NCBI GenBank assembly: GCA_030324005.1
Contig: JARDVH010000001.1
Coordinates: forward strand, 93,748,227-93,812,226
Direction of reading: 5' to 3'
Length of the DNA stretch: 64,000 nt
Source of the DNA: Negaprion brevirostris
Taxonomy: Eukaryota
The notes beneath the pieces are model-generated. The model did not search any database and was not told where the DNA came from. It saw only the letters and a program-made list of their open reading frames with translations. Shown in pieces: positions 11,363 to 24,322 of the stretch (positions are counted from its first letter, which is position 1; each line of letters begins with the position of its first letter). The translations under genes and the position numbers were made by a program.

Positions 11363-14300
11363 ATATATAGATTTCAGTGTAAATACTGAGAATATACCTA
11401 ACTTGTTGTCATCAATGACCAGGTTGACGAACTTATTTTTTCCATTGATTAGCAGGGTGGAGAAAAATCTTCTGTAAGTTTATATGGCATAAATGAGCAT
11501 ATTTCCATACCAGTCATAAACAACATTGGGGGTGATTTTTTCTTGAGCAATTTGGCTACCTTTTATATAAAATTGGTCATATCAGGAATTCTTTGTCATC
11601 ACTGCTAGTGCAAATGAACATTTTAAAATTGGGTCCTAACAGTAAGAGGTGGATCTTTAAGTCTGTGAATTTGCTTGAAGAACTCTAGAGATGCATTGCT
11701 TCCTGTGTTTGTAAATTTCATTGCTTGTCCTACATTTCTGCGAGTGCAATCAAAATGGGAATGAGCTTTCAACAGCTCTATGTTCAGACAGATTCAGTGA
11801 GTATGTTATCAAAAACCAAGGCAAAACAAGTGTATGTGGGAGGGAATAGATTTAAATTAGGATGATGCCTCCCGTTTATTTTCTGGTCTAAATGATTTGT
11901 CAATTTTGGCTTTCATAGTGGTAGAAAATATATTGCTGCTTGAAATTAAGCATACAGCAATATTGTAGTGAGGAAGCTGCCCAGAACATGAAAGATTTCT
12001 TTTATGGCAGATCATCATCTATCTCTTTGTCCTCCAGTAGCTGTAAAAGCTGCTTTGATTAAAACCCTGAGGTTTTTTGTCAGGTATGTATGGTACAATG
12101 TTGAAAATGATCAACTTTGGCAGCGATATTGGACAGTTCCAGACAAAAATATTTCATTGATTTGCAACATAGTTGATTTTATATCCCAGCTGCTTACTAA
12201 GCAAAACGTATTTGTTTATAGTCGACAGGAAGAAAATACATATGGTGCCTTTTATGTTCTCAGGGTGTTCCAAAATGTTTGTTTGTTCGTTAGCTCTGAA
12301 TTGCATGGCTATCATATAGATATTTGCTGCAGCTGTTTTGTGCAGAGCAAGATCCTACAATAAGATGGTGAACAGTCATCTTTTTAGCGGTTTAAGGACC
12401 AATGAATATCTGGAGCAATTGGTATGTGCAAATAACCAGCAAAATGTGGGTATCATTAATAGTAATGCTGGGATTTGGGCAGCTTGGAATTAAAGGTAAT
12501 CTGTGTTTTGTGTTATTAGGTCCTACCTACATTGCTCACTCTGCCATATGAAGAAAAGCAGAGGTAAATGGCAGTTTCATACGTCTTGGCTTAATTTGTC
12601 ATGATTGGAGCTCAAATTGCAAACCATTTTCTCCAAATTTTAAAACAAAACTAATGTGAAATCATCTTCCTGTTATATAAACAAGGACTAAATGTGATTG
12701 AAGAGCAGATGTTTTGTAGACTGAGCTGGTTTAGAATCCTATCAGTATCTATAAAAGTGATCATTGATGAGACATTAGAAGAAAGGTCTATTGCAGCCCT
12801 AATGCATAGGGCTGGACAGAAATGCCAGTGATACTGGCATTCCAAGAATGAATTGATTAGAAAAATTGTTCTGTGCTTCAGATATTTTTGCAGTTTGTCC
12901 TTAAAGCGTCTGTGCCTCATCCACCTTCCCTGTGGCCAATAATAGATTTCCATGTTTAATGGATTTTTCTTAAATCTCCTCAATCTTTGGTTAACTTCTC
13001 TTTGCTACTCAAACTAAAGAAAATAGTCTTTTTCCTGTTGTCTCTTCTATGAAATCCACCATGGTTTTAAAGTCATCTGTTTTAAGTCACATTCGCTCTG
13101 CTTTAGTGGGAATTATCCCCGTATTGTGCAATTTTCCTCAATTATAGTTTCCCATCCTTGGTGTTGCCCTGATCGATCTACAGTAAAGCTATTGATGTTT
13201 CAGTGCCCTTTTTGGAAGCTAAGTTGGCATCTGAAAACAGGTGTACGGATTCTTGTGAAGGGAATACACTAGCTTCATGTTGCTTGTTTATTGTAATTGC
13301 TGCCTGCAACCTGCAATAACAATGCTGTTCTTTTAGCTTAATGCATCATTGGGGGGCACAAAATCGTTATTTGTTAAATCATGCTTGTGGTGCTTAAAAG
13401 GAATTATTTTTGATCATTGGGAACAAGCGGTGTATAATCATGGGAGGCTGTATGCATCAAAGGTTTTCCAACGCTGTGCTGGAGAGTGGAGAAGGTAGAA
13501 TGAAGAGATGTCCTCTACCCACCCATCGATGCCAATCCTCCCAAGTGTGCAATGGGAAGGCAGTGGGAAAAGAGCCATGGAGCTAAATGTCAAACTCTGG
13601 GAGCATGGCGTCCAGCACCGCCTTGGCACACAGCTTGGAGCATGGGACTGGCAGTAAACTCCATCAACATACTTTTGGAACCAACCGTAATAATAGTATC
13701 TGATGGTCAGTGTCTCAGCTTCCATTGCAGCTGAGTGCCACAGCGGCCACGCAGACTGCTACAAGCCAAGGCCAATTGCTGCCATACAAGCTCATGCTGT
13801 TGTTTTCGTTGCTGTGGATTTAAAAGGTCTCCAAGTCCCAAAACACCTCTTATTAAATTCTGCTGTTCTTTAATGCCCTTCTATGCTTCTATAAACTCAG
13901 CCCCGCCTCTCTCTATTCCACTGATCCTGACCTTGTGCTTCCCTTTATCACATCATTGGCATTTATGACTTCAGCCAATTAAGCCTCGTAGCTTGGAGAT
14001 TGCTTTCTAAACCTCCCTAACCTCATTGTCTCCATATATTTTCAAAATATGCCTTAAAATTTGCCTCTACCATGAAGGTTTTAGCCAACTTTTTGGCTCA
14101 GCATTTTTTTATGCTGCCTGTGAAGCATTTTGTTATGTTTCTCTGCATTAACAGTGCTATTTTAATAATGGTGATTATCGTACAGACTTGATGGGTCAGC
14201 TGATCTCTACATTCTTATCTTAATTTCAGCCAGGAGTCAGTATGTAGAGTTGTGATTCTAACTTTTTGAAAAATAAAATTCATATCTAACAGCTAATCAA

Positions 14301-15304
14301 ATGACTTAGTGTTGGTACCACCTGGCTCTTTTTCCTTCAACTAAGAGGCTAAACCTTTCCCCAGGCTAGACTATAAGCCACCAATGTTGACTGTGACTAT
14401 GGTAAATGTCTCTCTCTCCTCCCCCCTCTCCACCCCAGTGCCTCTCCACTGTCAGCTGGGTGAGACTGCACTCACTTGGTTCCTTGCTTATCTATTCAGT
14501 CATTTAGCATGAAAATTAAGGGAGCTGATTGTGAGGTTTAACTGATCTTGCCTGGGTAAACTTTCCCTGTGTTTTACCTTTATCCCAGTAACCTGGTTGC
14601 CTTTTCCGACCTTTGGTAAGTCATTTTCTGTCGAGCTATGCAATGATCTGTTTTGGCATTCTATTGTTGGTTGCTGCATTGTTTCCAGCAGAAGTCACTA
14701 AAGGATTAATGCAGGTCTTAATTAGTTCCTTCCAGCGATTGGAGAATAGGTGGGGAGATGGGGTAATTTTGGTTGGTTGTCCAAAGTCTTGAATTTAGCA
14801 TGAGAACATGGAAGTCATGAAGGGATAGGAGAAAGACGGTTGAATCTGTTAACTAAGGTAGTAAAGATATTGTTGTTCTGTCCTGTTCTATCTCCGCTCA
14901 TCTCCAAGTTCTGTAAAAGCTGTTTGTACTATTTAACAGTGTGTGTAGCTTGCCATTTATTTGGCAATATTTTTAGCGATGTTATACTAAATGGCCCCTT
15001 TAAAAAGGGGTGTAGTAACTAGTATTAATTTAAAATTGGCATTAATTTTCAAAGTAGTATTACAACCTAAAATGCTGTCCACAGAACACTTTCAATAAAA
15101 TCCCAGAATAGAGTGAAAAAACTGAATTTGATTTTTTAAATCAACATAACTACCAAATGTCTCCTTGCATGCAGCAACTTGACATGTATAGTTTGATAAT
15201 AGAACTAGGGCATGTCATCACCCCATTTTAATAGGAAGTTCCATTGGTGAGCACAGTGATGCCCAGATTTATGAACAGTATGAATTCTCACATTGCCAGG
15301 TTAA

Positions 15305-15435
15305 TCACATGAGTCACCTGATGAAGGAGCAGCGCACTGAAAGCTCGTGATTCCAAATAAACCTTGTTTCAACTTTAACCTGGTGTTGAGATTTACTGTG
15401 CCCGCCCCTGTCCAATGCTGGCATCTCCACATCAG
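15305..15435 (+). mobile_element. Penelope-like element terminal repeat fragment with a minimal hammerhead motif
   Basis: CACCTGATGAAGGAGCAGCG...GAAAGCTCGTGATTCCAAATAAACC...TAACCTGGTGTTG...GGCATCTCCACATCA, recalled as a shark PLE pseudo-LTR pattern. Confidence 0.65.
15311..15353 (+). ncRNA. Minimal type I hammerhead ribozyme-like motif, probably partly decayed
   Basis: Stem I GAGUCAC/GUGAUUC; CUGAUGA core; imperfect stem II; GAAA; palindromic AGCU stem III; UC cleavage site. Confidence 0.55.
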
Positions 15436-16479
15436 ATTCATGAAAGTTGTGCTTGTGCAGTTATGGATTTGTTAATTAGTTGACTGCATGAGTTATAAGT
15501 TTTGCTGAGCATGGTGCTTCCTGGCACAATGGTTCTTCATGTGTGAACTAGGGTGGCAGACTACAGTCCTGCCCTACGCGTGTCCAAATGCGCATTTGAG
15601 TATAGATTATAGCTGTGAATTGTGGCTCCTTTCTATGGCACAGGATGCTGAGGCTCTTGGTAGCTTTGCCACTGCTTTGCTTGCAATGAACAGAGATAAA
15701 AGGTGACATTTTCTAAAGTTGCAGAATCTCGTTCAGTTAATGAGTATAATGACGCATTGTATCTCTGTATTCTGACTCTTTGGATATTCTTTGAATGATC
15801 GTTGTGGTCAAGCTCTTTCTCTCCCTCCTTACAAACAGTAATGCCAGCTATCCAATGCTTCACTTCCACTTCAGACTCTGTCAATTAATCGATCAACTAT
15901 TTTCTTCACTCTCAAATGTGTTTTTTTGAGCAAGAACTTTGAAATCAAACAACAACTGGCCTGGATGATAACAGGTTTCCATGTGCCAAATGCCTCGGCA
16001 CTTAGCTCTACTTACGACCAACTAACTCAGCTAAACTGTTGTTGCTGACTTTTGGCACTAAATCTTGGTTTCTTCTTCCCGTCTCCTATAGGTATCTCAT
16101 TCTGTTCCACTCTTTGCTTTCCTAGTCCCTTGGAATCATTCTAGAAGGCAAAGACTTCTTCCCTTCAGTACCAATTGGCTTCTTAAACTTCCTCCCTTTA
16201 CAGGACTAGCCATTTGCTTTTGTCAAATGCTTCAATCTGAAAGCTTTCACCACTTGTGCTTTTTTTTTGGCTGAAGTAGCCCAAATTGCTTGATGCTGAA
16301 GCAGATTTTTTAGTATATACATTATTTGTGTTTGCATAATATCAGACCTTATCAAACTGAAAGATCTCTGTTTAGTACAAAAAGAAATGCCTACTGCAAT
16401 AACTGTTACGTCTGAACTGTGTATTCAAGTTGGTGAATTGTTAGTTCTAGAACTTTGGAACATGCCTAAAGGAAAGTTA

Positions 16480-16850
16480 TTATTTATAAAGACCTGAAAT
16501 GCATTATCTCAGTCCATCCCAAAGCACTTCGCAGGCTGATTATTTTAAAGNNNNNNNNNATCACTCTTCTATAGGCAAATCCAATTTTGCACAACAGAGC
16601 CAAGTAACAGCAAATGAGATGAGTGCTTGGATAATTCTTTTGGTAGTCTTAAGAAGTAAATGTTGACCTGTATACTGCAAGAACTCATCTGCTGTTCTTT
16701 CAGATCTTCACGACCATATGTTTTCTCCAAAAGGCAGCATATCTGGCGACACAATCCCTTCTCGGTGCCTTGCCTAAAGTGTCTGTCTAGATTATGTGAT
16801 CCAAGTCCTGGAGTGGAACTTGAATCCAGAACCTTTTGACTCTGCTGTAA
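16480..16850 (-). mobile_element. Decayed DeuSINE (SacSINE1/AmnSINE1-like)
   Basis: CATCCCAAAGCACTTC...TTTGCACAAC...GCTGTTCTTTCA...CAAGTCCTGGAGTGGAACTTGAATCCAGAACCTTTTGACTC; colinear with 53670-54100. Confidence 0.6.
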
Positions 16851-17104
16851 GTGAGCACAAATCAGCTACCTGCATTGCCCCACACTGAGTGAGTGCTTGT
16901 TCCTGCACCTCACTTGCTATTACCGGTACCACAAGCAGCACTGTAGGCAGATTTTAATTTTAGCTAAAGCTGAAATATGTTAAATTGTATTCGGACTGGA
17001 ATCGGTAGAAAAATATCTTGTGGTAGTAATGAAATACTTTCAGTACTTTGTGTCAAGATACTTTATTGCATTTGTGAGCTAACATATGAACATTTTATTT
17101 ACAG

Positions 17105-17170
17105 GGTTCGAAAGCATCTTGGAAGGGCTTTATGGACCAAGGTTACTCAGAGACCTCAGTTTATTTGATG
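17105..17170 (+). CDS. LCORL: LCORL coding exon (equivalent to human exon 2)
   Basis: ttttatttacAG|GG TTC GAA AGC...TTT GAT G|GTaaaa; 66 nt; encodes (G)[21 protein letters not shown], nearly identical to the recalled human [27 protein letters not shown]. Confidence 0.95.
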
Positions 17171-17924
17171 GTAAAATGTTTGTTTTCTGAATATGGTCAA
17201 AGGAAGACATTTCATTATGAACTTCAAATGAGTGATTATGGTGCAATGGAATTTGAGGAACTTTTGATATGGGTTTCAGTTAAAATTGAACTGAAACCTG
17301 CATAAAATATTTCAAAAATTTAAAATTCCATCAAATGCTGCTCCTTTGAATAAGAATATATTCAGAATGAATTGACTTATTTTGTTCATCTCTAAGAAGA
17401 GCTATCTAACTTAGGCACTTGCGCTCCACTTAAATTATGGTTCTAATTAGGTTAAAATGTCCTATTTTTCTATTTTAAAATCCACATCTTTGTCTTTGCC
17501 CTGCACTGTTCCTTAACTAGCCATTAAAAGGGGCAATATACTGGGAATCCATTTATTGTGATGTATCCTGTTTCTTTATTATGCTGGCAGCTATATATTT
17601 TAAGTCCATAAATGATTTTGTACTTCTAGAAACCAATTTCACATTTTTTAACAACTTTACCGCCAGAAAGGTGTGAATAGGGATGTTTGTTTATGGGCAG
17701 TATTCATATTTTAAGGTACTGTGATTTGCAACATGGAACACATTTCTACAATTCCCAACATTTCTATACCTTGTACATGTTGATTAATTTGCTACTTGTA
17801 TCAAAAAATAATCTCTTAATTAAGCTTCTGCGTATTTTACTACTTTCTAATAGCACTGAGAAATGTTGGCTTTTAAAATATGGAATACTCAATAAGTCAA
17901 AGCACCATGTGGTGTACTAATCAT

Positions 17925-18070
17925 AGCAGTCCCTAAGTATCAGGTTTAGTGTGTGGTCTCTTGAGTCAGCTGATATTAGCTGTAAAAGCAGTGGGCTACA
18001 GTTATCTAGTCACCTCTCCCTCAGTTGAAGAGAGCAATGCTGATAGTCGTAAATAAAATTCTGAAACCAG
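17925..18070 (+). mobile_element. Possible ancient AmnSINE2-like SINE remnant
   Basis: CAGGTTTAGT...GGTCTCTTGAGTCAGCTGATATTAGC...GCAGTGGGCTACAGTT resembles the recalled consensus GAGTTAGCTGATCTCAGC...GGGCGCTACAATT. Confidence 0.3.
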
Positions 18071-19859
18071 GGACCAACCATTATTGCTACAGATTTTGGG
18101 AGTATTCAGTGGAGAACATGATGCAATCGGTTCAAGAACAACCTGCAGTATTGAACAAACAGTATAAGTGTGTCAATTTACTACTGTATTTAAAGGTTCA
18201 TATGGAGAAAAGCAAATTTTGCTTTGGGTCCTTAAATTCTTGGAGAAAGTTAGAAATAAAGTTCCAGCCTCTTGCGCTAAAGTGAATGTTGGCAAGCACC
18301 AGCATTCTACTGGTACAGAAGAATTAGTGTGGTTTATTTTTCTTCCTCAAATCCTATTGATGATTGGAGCATATCAGTCAGGCAGATGACTTCATAACCC
18401 TTGTTATCTTGTGTGGCTAGTACTTAAGGCTAGCTAATTTTGTAACAGATGAAAGACAGCCCCAGGACTAGTGCCATTCCAGTTCGTTATTTGGAACCAG
18501 AAAAGTCCTGTCACATGCGAGATTCTTGAGCCACTTGCTAGGGAAGTGTAATTACCTGTTCTAATGCATCTTTTATTTTTGGAATGTTTTCACCTAAATT
18601 GTTTGCAAACATGGTGAAAGAAGTCTTTTCCTTGTGATGGGAGCATCTGCAGACATCAGACATATATGTCACAGATGTATGTTTATCCATTATTCAGTAC
18701 TAGCACTTTGGACTCTGAAGCTGTTTTCAGTTGTGCCAAACCCTACCCATCTAATTAGGATTCAATCTAGACACATGTAACCCTGCTGAGTTACCATATT
18801 CTAGTTATTATTAGCCATAACTGTCTGGGTTGGGGCTCCAACTGTGGGAATGTTACCACCAAGTCATAGGCTTTCTTCTACTTACCAGGTTTTTTAAGTG
18901 GAAATCTGAAATGAGAGAAGTGACTGGAAATGCCTATTAGTCCAATCAACATATACAAAGAGAAACAGTATAGTCTTTCAGTTAATGAAGGGTCGACATT
19001 CAAAACAGATCCCTTTTTACACGTGCTGATTGACTTGAATCTAGCCTATATTAACAAAAAGCAATTGCAGCAGTGCAGAGTGAGACTGAATGGATGTGCA
19101 CGCATCTGTCCGCATCAGTCAGCAACAGTTTGTTTTTATGTAGTTTTCTGAAGGATTGCAGAAATAAGCATGAAGTAAACTAGTAATGGAGTTATGGAGA
19201 AAGTAATTATTAGAGGTTGTGAAAAACCTGATTGAGAGGGTTCTTATTAGTACATTGAAGATAAGAGGGGTGGAGTAGTTTAGGGAATGAGCTCTAAGAG
19301 CAGATAGCTGAATGTTTCTTTGGAAACTAGACTGGGTGAGGAGAAAAAGCACAACTCANNNNNNNNNNNNNNNNNNNNNNNNNNNNNNNNNNNNNNNNNN
19401 NNNNNNNNNNNNNNNNNNTAAAAAGAAGCCATGCCAAGTTCCCAAAGTGTAACTTGTAGATGGTGTGCAGATTAGCTATGATATACTGGTGGTGGAGGGA
19501 GAGAATATTTTAAGTGGTGGATGAGGTACTGCTCAAGTCAGCTGCTTTTTTCCGGATGGTTTTAAGGAGCATTATAAAAACGAAGAAAAGAGGAAAATTT
19601 AGTTAGGGAACTCCAGACCTTACACCTTGAAAACGCTGCTACCGCTGTTGAGTGATTTAAAATGGGAATGTGCAAGAGACGGAATTGGAGGAGTGCAAAA
19701 ATCATGGAGGGTGTTGGGGCTGGAAGAGGTTGGAGAGTTGGGGTGGCTAAACCGTGGAGGCAATCAAGGTTGGAACTTTAGAAATTGAGACATTACTGGA
19801 CTACGGTCAGTGTGTATCTGCAAGCGCAAGCATTGCATATGAAGGCATGCATGTGGGGA

Positions 19860-21200
19860 TTTTGACCTTAACTCCACATTCTGTCTACCCCTTTGACTCC
19901 CTTTGTCAAGAATCTGTCTGCCTCCAACACTGAGTAAAGAATTCTTTACAGACCCTCAAAAGAATTCTTCTCATTTCAATTTTAAATGAGAGGCCGCTTA
20001 TTTTTACACCGTGTCCCCTAGTTTGAGCCTCTCCCATAAAGGGAAGCATTCCATCAGCATCCACCTTGTCAAGTCCTCTCAGGATCTTCTATGTTTCAAT
20101 AAGGTCACAGTTTAGTCTTCTAAATGCCAATGGATACGGCCCAGCCAGTTCGATCTTTTCTTGTAAGATAACTCATCCCACCCACAGTCAAGTGAACTAC
20201 TTCTATTGTACTTGTATCCTATCTTAAAGAAGACACGGTACTCAGCTGTGGTCTCTCCAACACCCTGTACACTGTAGCAAAGCATTCCATTCCCCTTACG
20301 TCAGGGACCCATTTGATTCTGCCGACTCTGTGGAGTTTGCGCATTCTCCCTGTGCCTGCATGGGTTTCTTTCCACAGTCCAAAGACCCAGAGCTCTCTAT
20401 ACTGTCAAGTTCTGCATTCTCTATTTGAATAATATGTTGCTTTTCTATTTTTCTTGCCAGTGGACATGTTCACATTTTCCCACATTATACCTACCAGATT
20501 TTTGCCCACTCAGTTAACCTGTCTATGTTCCTTTGCAGACTCCTTGTGCTCACTTTCACAATTTCTTACCTAACTTTGTGTCATCAGCAAATTCAGCAAC
20601 TAAGTTTGGTTCCTTTATCCAAGTTATTGACATTCATTGTAAATAGTTGAGGTCTCAACATGAGGTTCCCTTGGCTGAAGTGCCCAAGACGAGAGGACAT
20701 ACGTTTAAGGTGAGGAGTAAGTGATTTAGAGGGGATCTGAGGAAAATATTTTGCAACCCCACGGTGTGGAAACATGGAACATGCTGCTTGAGAGGGTGGT
20801 GGAGGCAGGTACACTCGCAACATTTAAGAAGCATCAGGATGAGCACTTAAAACTGTCAAGGCATAGTACGCTATGGTCCAACTGCTGGTAAATGGGATTA
20901 GTATAAATTGGTATTTTATGGTTGGCATAGATATGATAGCTGAAAGGCCTGTTTCTTTGCTGTATGACCTGACACTGATCCCTGTGGCACTCTATCTTGG
21001 CAACTTGAAAAAAGATCCATTTATGTCTACTGTCTGCTTACTGTTAGCTAACCAGTTTTCTCTCTGCTAATATGTTGCACTAAGAGTTCTTATTTTATAC
21101 AGTAACCTTTAATGTGGCAACATGCCAAAAGCCTTCTGGGAGTGCAGCACATCCATTTGTCCCCCTTATCCATATTGCTTGATATCATATGGAGTGAATT
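19860..21200 (-). mobile_element. Decayed CR1 LINE hosting an HE1 fragment (about 20300-20386) and a + strand CR1 3' end (about 20670-20970)
   Basis: Minus strand gives QLFTMNVNNLDKG...LLNLLMT-type RT remnants; TTCACATTTTCCCACATTATAC and ACAGTAACCTTTAATGTGGCA match reverse CR1 ORF2. Confidence 0.65.
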
Positions 21201-21304
21201 GTATTGGCTGAAGACTGGCATCTGTGATGCATGTTGCCTGAGGAGTAGCCCAAGGTGAATGATCCACTTGGCTTTTCTGACTGAAGATGCTTGCAAATGA
21301 AGAT

Positions 21305-21790
21305 GCTGTCTGTGTGGAGTTTGCACGTTCTCCTCGTGTCTGCGTGGGTTTCCCCTGGGTACTCCAGTTTCTTCCCACAGTCCAAAGATGTGCGGGTTAG
21401 GTTGATTGGCCACGCTAAGAAATTGTCCTTAGTGTCCAGGGATGCGTAGTTTAGAGGGATTAGTGGGTATAATGTTTAGGGATATGGGGGTAAGGCCTGG
21501 GGGGGATTGTGTTTGGTGCAGACTNNNNNNNNNNNNNNNNNNNNNNNNNNNNNNNNNNNNNNNNNNNNNNNNNNNNNNNNNNNNNNNNNNNNNNNNNNNN
21601 NNNNNNNNNNNNNNNNNNNNNNNNCGGGTTAGGTTGATTGGCCATGCTAAGAAATTGCCCCTTAGTGTCCAGGGATGCGTAGGTTAGAGGGTTTAGTGGG
21701 TATAATATGTAGGGGATATGGGAGTAGGGCCTGGGTGGGATTGTGTTTGGTGCAGACTTGATGAGCCGAAGGGCCTCTTTCTGCCATACA
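21305..21790 (+). mobile_element. HE1 V-SINE copy or copies spanning a 100-N gap
   Basis: GTCTGTGTGGAGTTTGCACGTTCTCC...CCCACAGTCCAAAGATGTGCGGGTTAGGTTGATTGGCC...GGTGCAGACTTGATGAGCCGAAGGGCCTC. Confidence 0.85.
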
Positions 21791-22500
21791 GCATGATGGA
21801 CGATTCACCCCATGTGAGGACACTTCTTCCAATACTGACATGGGCAGATGCCCCCCTCCCCTGCTGTCTACCGCAAGCCTGATCTAGCAGATGTACGCTT
21901 TGGATTTAGCCGGCTGATGGTGCTCCTACTGCGCCACTCTTGAATGGAGACATTGAAGCCGCCCTGTCCCAATCCAGAGGACGTTGGTGCCATTGCTACC
22001 ATCCATGCTTCTAGTGTTCATAATGAGGAATGGTGATGGAGAAATCTGAGATATCGGATGTAGATTATGATTTGTATCAGGCTGTTCAAGTCTGGGACAG
22101 CTCTCCCAATTTTGATGCAAGTTCATAATTAGTGAGGAGGATGTTAAAAGGCTATAAAAGCAGGCTGTGCCTTTATTTTTGGTGTCTTAAGTCCAGTTTT
22201 ATTCTTTGACTTTTCTGTAATGGTTTGCTACAACAGAGTGACTTCCTTGGCTATTTCAGAGGATAATTAAGAAACAACCACATTGCTATGGGTCTAAAAT
22301 CGTAAACCAGACTGGGTAAGGATTACAGATTTCTTTCCCCAAAGGACAATAGTGAACCAGATGTGTTCTTATTAAATTTCAAGTGTTTGGTGGTGACCAT
22401 TACTGAGGCTAGTTTCTCTTAACTTCTAATTGTGTACATTAATTAAATTCCAATCAAAGCCTTTGCATTATTTGTCCAGTAACGGTACCACTATGCAACT
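21790..22500 (-). mobile_element. Decayed LINE 5' part (APE), same family as 2280-3385
   Basis: Shared TATCAGGCTGTT...TGGGACAGCTCTCCCAATTTTG and CTATTTCAGAGG...AACCACATTGCTATGGGTCT. Confidence 0.6.
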
Positions 22501-23449
22501 TTCCCTCTTGCACGTAACATTTTAATCCCTTAAATTATTCTGGTGAATTGAAGGTACTCCTTCTAAAAGCAATACCTCCTTCCTGAGATGAATAATAGGA
22601 ACTGAATGCAATACTTCAGGTACAGTCTAGTTAGAACCTTATATAACTGCAGCATAACATCTTCCAAATTCCATTAATCTATTTTTTTTGTCTTCATAAT
22701 GAAGATCATCTAAACCACTGGGCTTTAAATTGACCATGAGGCTTAATACTTCCTAAACCTCTACTCCTTCCTTGCTATATGTCTACTCTTTCCTGCATAG
22801 GAAGTTTCACTTACCAACTCAACCTCAGCCTTAGAGAGATCTCTTTGTATTTCATCATGAACCATCATGTATCGCCTTCTTGACACTTAACTGGCTAGGA
22901 AATGGAGGTATAGTTGCACATATATCATAGTTCTGTAATAATTAAGCCTACAATATTTGCACAATGTGCATGCCCTGTTTTAACTGAAGCTAGTAACATA
23001 ATGTAGTTTGAATTTTAGTCCATTGGTTCAGGCGTGCTCTTGACTGAATTGATTTTCAGAATATGATTGATTTTAAAGAGTAAAAATTTTAAAGAAATTG
23101 CCCCTTCCCTCTTCCCATTAATGTGGTTGACCTCTGTGTGGTAGGTAATCTTCTGTTTGTCTAGATTTAGGTCCAATAAAGACTGAAACTATTGTCTTCT
23201 GAACAACCTACAAATTCTCTTCCTGGCTATCAACTCCATTTCTTTAATCTGGCAACTGTCTGTCTGAACCAGCCTTTTCATGACCTTCATATTTCACCCT
23301 AGATGTGCTTCCATTCAGCATCAATAAGATTGTCTATTTCCACATCCTATGTAGCCTTACTCTGCCCTTATCTCTGCTTATCTGCTGAAACTATCTATAT
23401 CTTTGTTAGCTCATTGATTATTAAAAATGCACGTTTGTGAGACCTTTGA

Positions 23450-23632
23450 CATTGGCTGAATGGCTGGTTAATGACGCCAGCGTCACAGGTTCAATTCCCG
23501 TACCAGTTGAGATTATTCGTGAAGACTCGCCTTCTCAACTTTGCCCCTCACCTGAGTTGTGGTGATCTTCAGGTTAAATCACCACCAGTCAGCCCTTCCC
23601 CTGGAAGGAGAGAGCTGCCTATGGTCATCAAG
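23450..23632 (+). mobile_element. tRNA-derived SINE, family shared with 3388-3586
   Basis: CACAGGTTCAATTCCCGTACC B-box-like head; body is the reverse complement of 3388-3586. Confidence 0.75.
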
Positions 23633-24037
23633 GTGACTTAACTCCCCATAAACCTGAGGTCACCAAAACTCTGCTCTCTGTTACATTCAAAAATCCAATA
23701 TAAGTACAAATTATTTTATATAATGTGGGAAGTTATTCAAAACTGATGCTGCTACGTTGCCATTTAAATTTTTTTCATACTTTTAATTAAACATTTTGTT
23801 GGTCAGTTCTGCCCATGTTGCCTACATATTACATATAGGTATAAATAAAAATATTAAAATTTTGTCTTTGTTATTTGAATGCATCCTCTACCTACAGCGT
23901 GCCACCAATTAGCTCTACGTATCTGATCCTGGAGGACATATTGTGAGTAGTTTTACAGTTGATGTTGCCCTGGGAACAAATGGATGTTTTGTGTGTGTAT
24001 TATATGTTATATATACATACACATACACACACACACG

Positions 24038-24322
24038 TAGAACATAGAACATTACAGCGCAGAACAGGCCCTTCGGCCCACNNNNNNNNNNNNNNNNNNN
24101 NNNNNNNNNNNNNNNNNNNNNNNNNNNNNNNNNNNNNNNNNNNNNNNNNNNNNNNNNNNNNNNNNNNNNNNNNNNNNNNNNCCTCTCTAGAACTTTTAGG
24201 AGGTCTATAAAAGACTCCCAACAGGGTGACCTCTCCTCTATTTCTAATCTCAGCCCATACTACCTCACCAGACAAGTCCTCATCAAACTTCATTTCTGAC
24301 ACTGTAATACAGTCCTTGACTA
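24038..24322 (-). mobile_element. CR1/HER1 LINE pieces joined across a gap (3' tail and APE domain)
   Basis: TAGAACATAGAACATTACAGCGCAGAACAGGCCCTTCGGCCCAC is the reverse of the tail at 9560-9612; ORF 24000..24350(-) EVVWAEIRNRGEVTLLGVFYRPPKS is a CR1 endonuclease motif. Confidence 0.8.

Noticed and set aside
1-17104. Search for LCORL exon 1, promoter or CpG island
   Set aside because: No CpG-rich segment and no peptide like the recalled QCRSPRC...RRELDSWRHRLMHCV was seen. It probably lies upstream of the window, though a gap such as 8845-9537 cannot be excluded.
21394-21760. Apparent tandem duplication of about 130 bp of HE1 either side of a 100-N gap
   Set aside because: Repeat sequence duplicated across a fixed-size scaffold gap is most simply an assembly artefact; cannot be resolved without reads.
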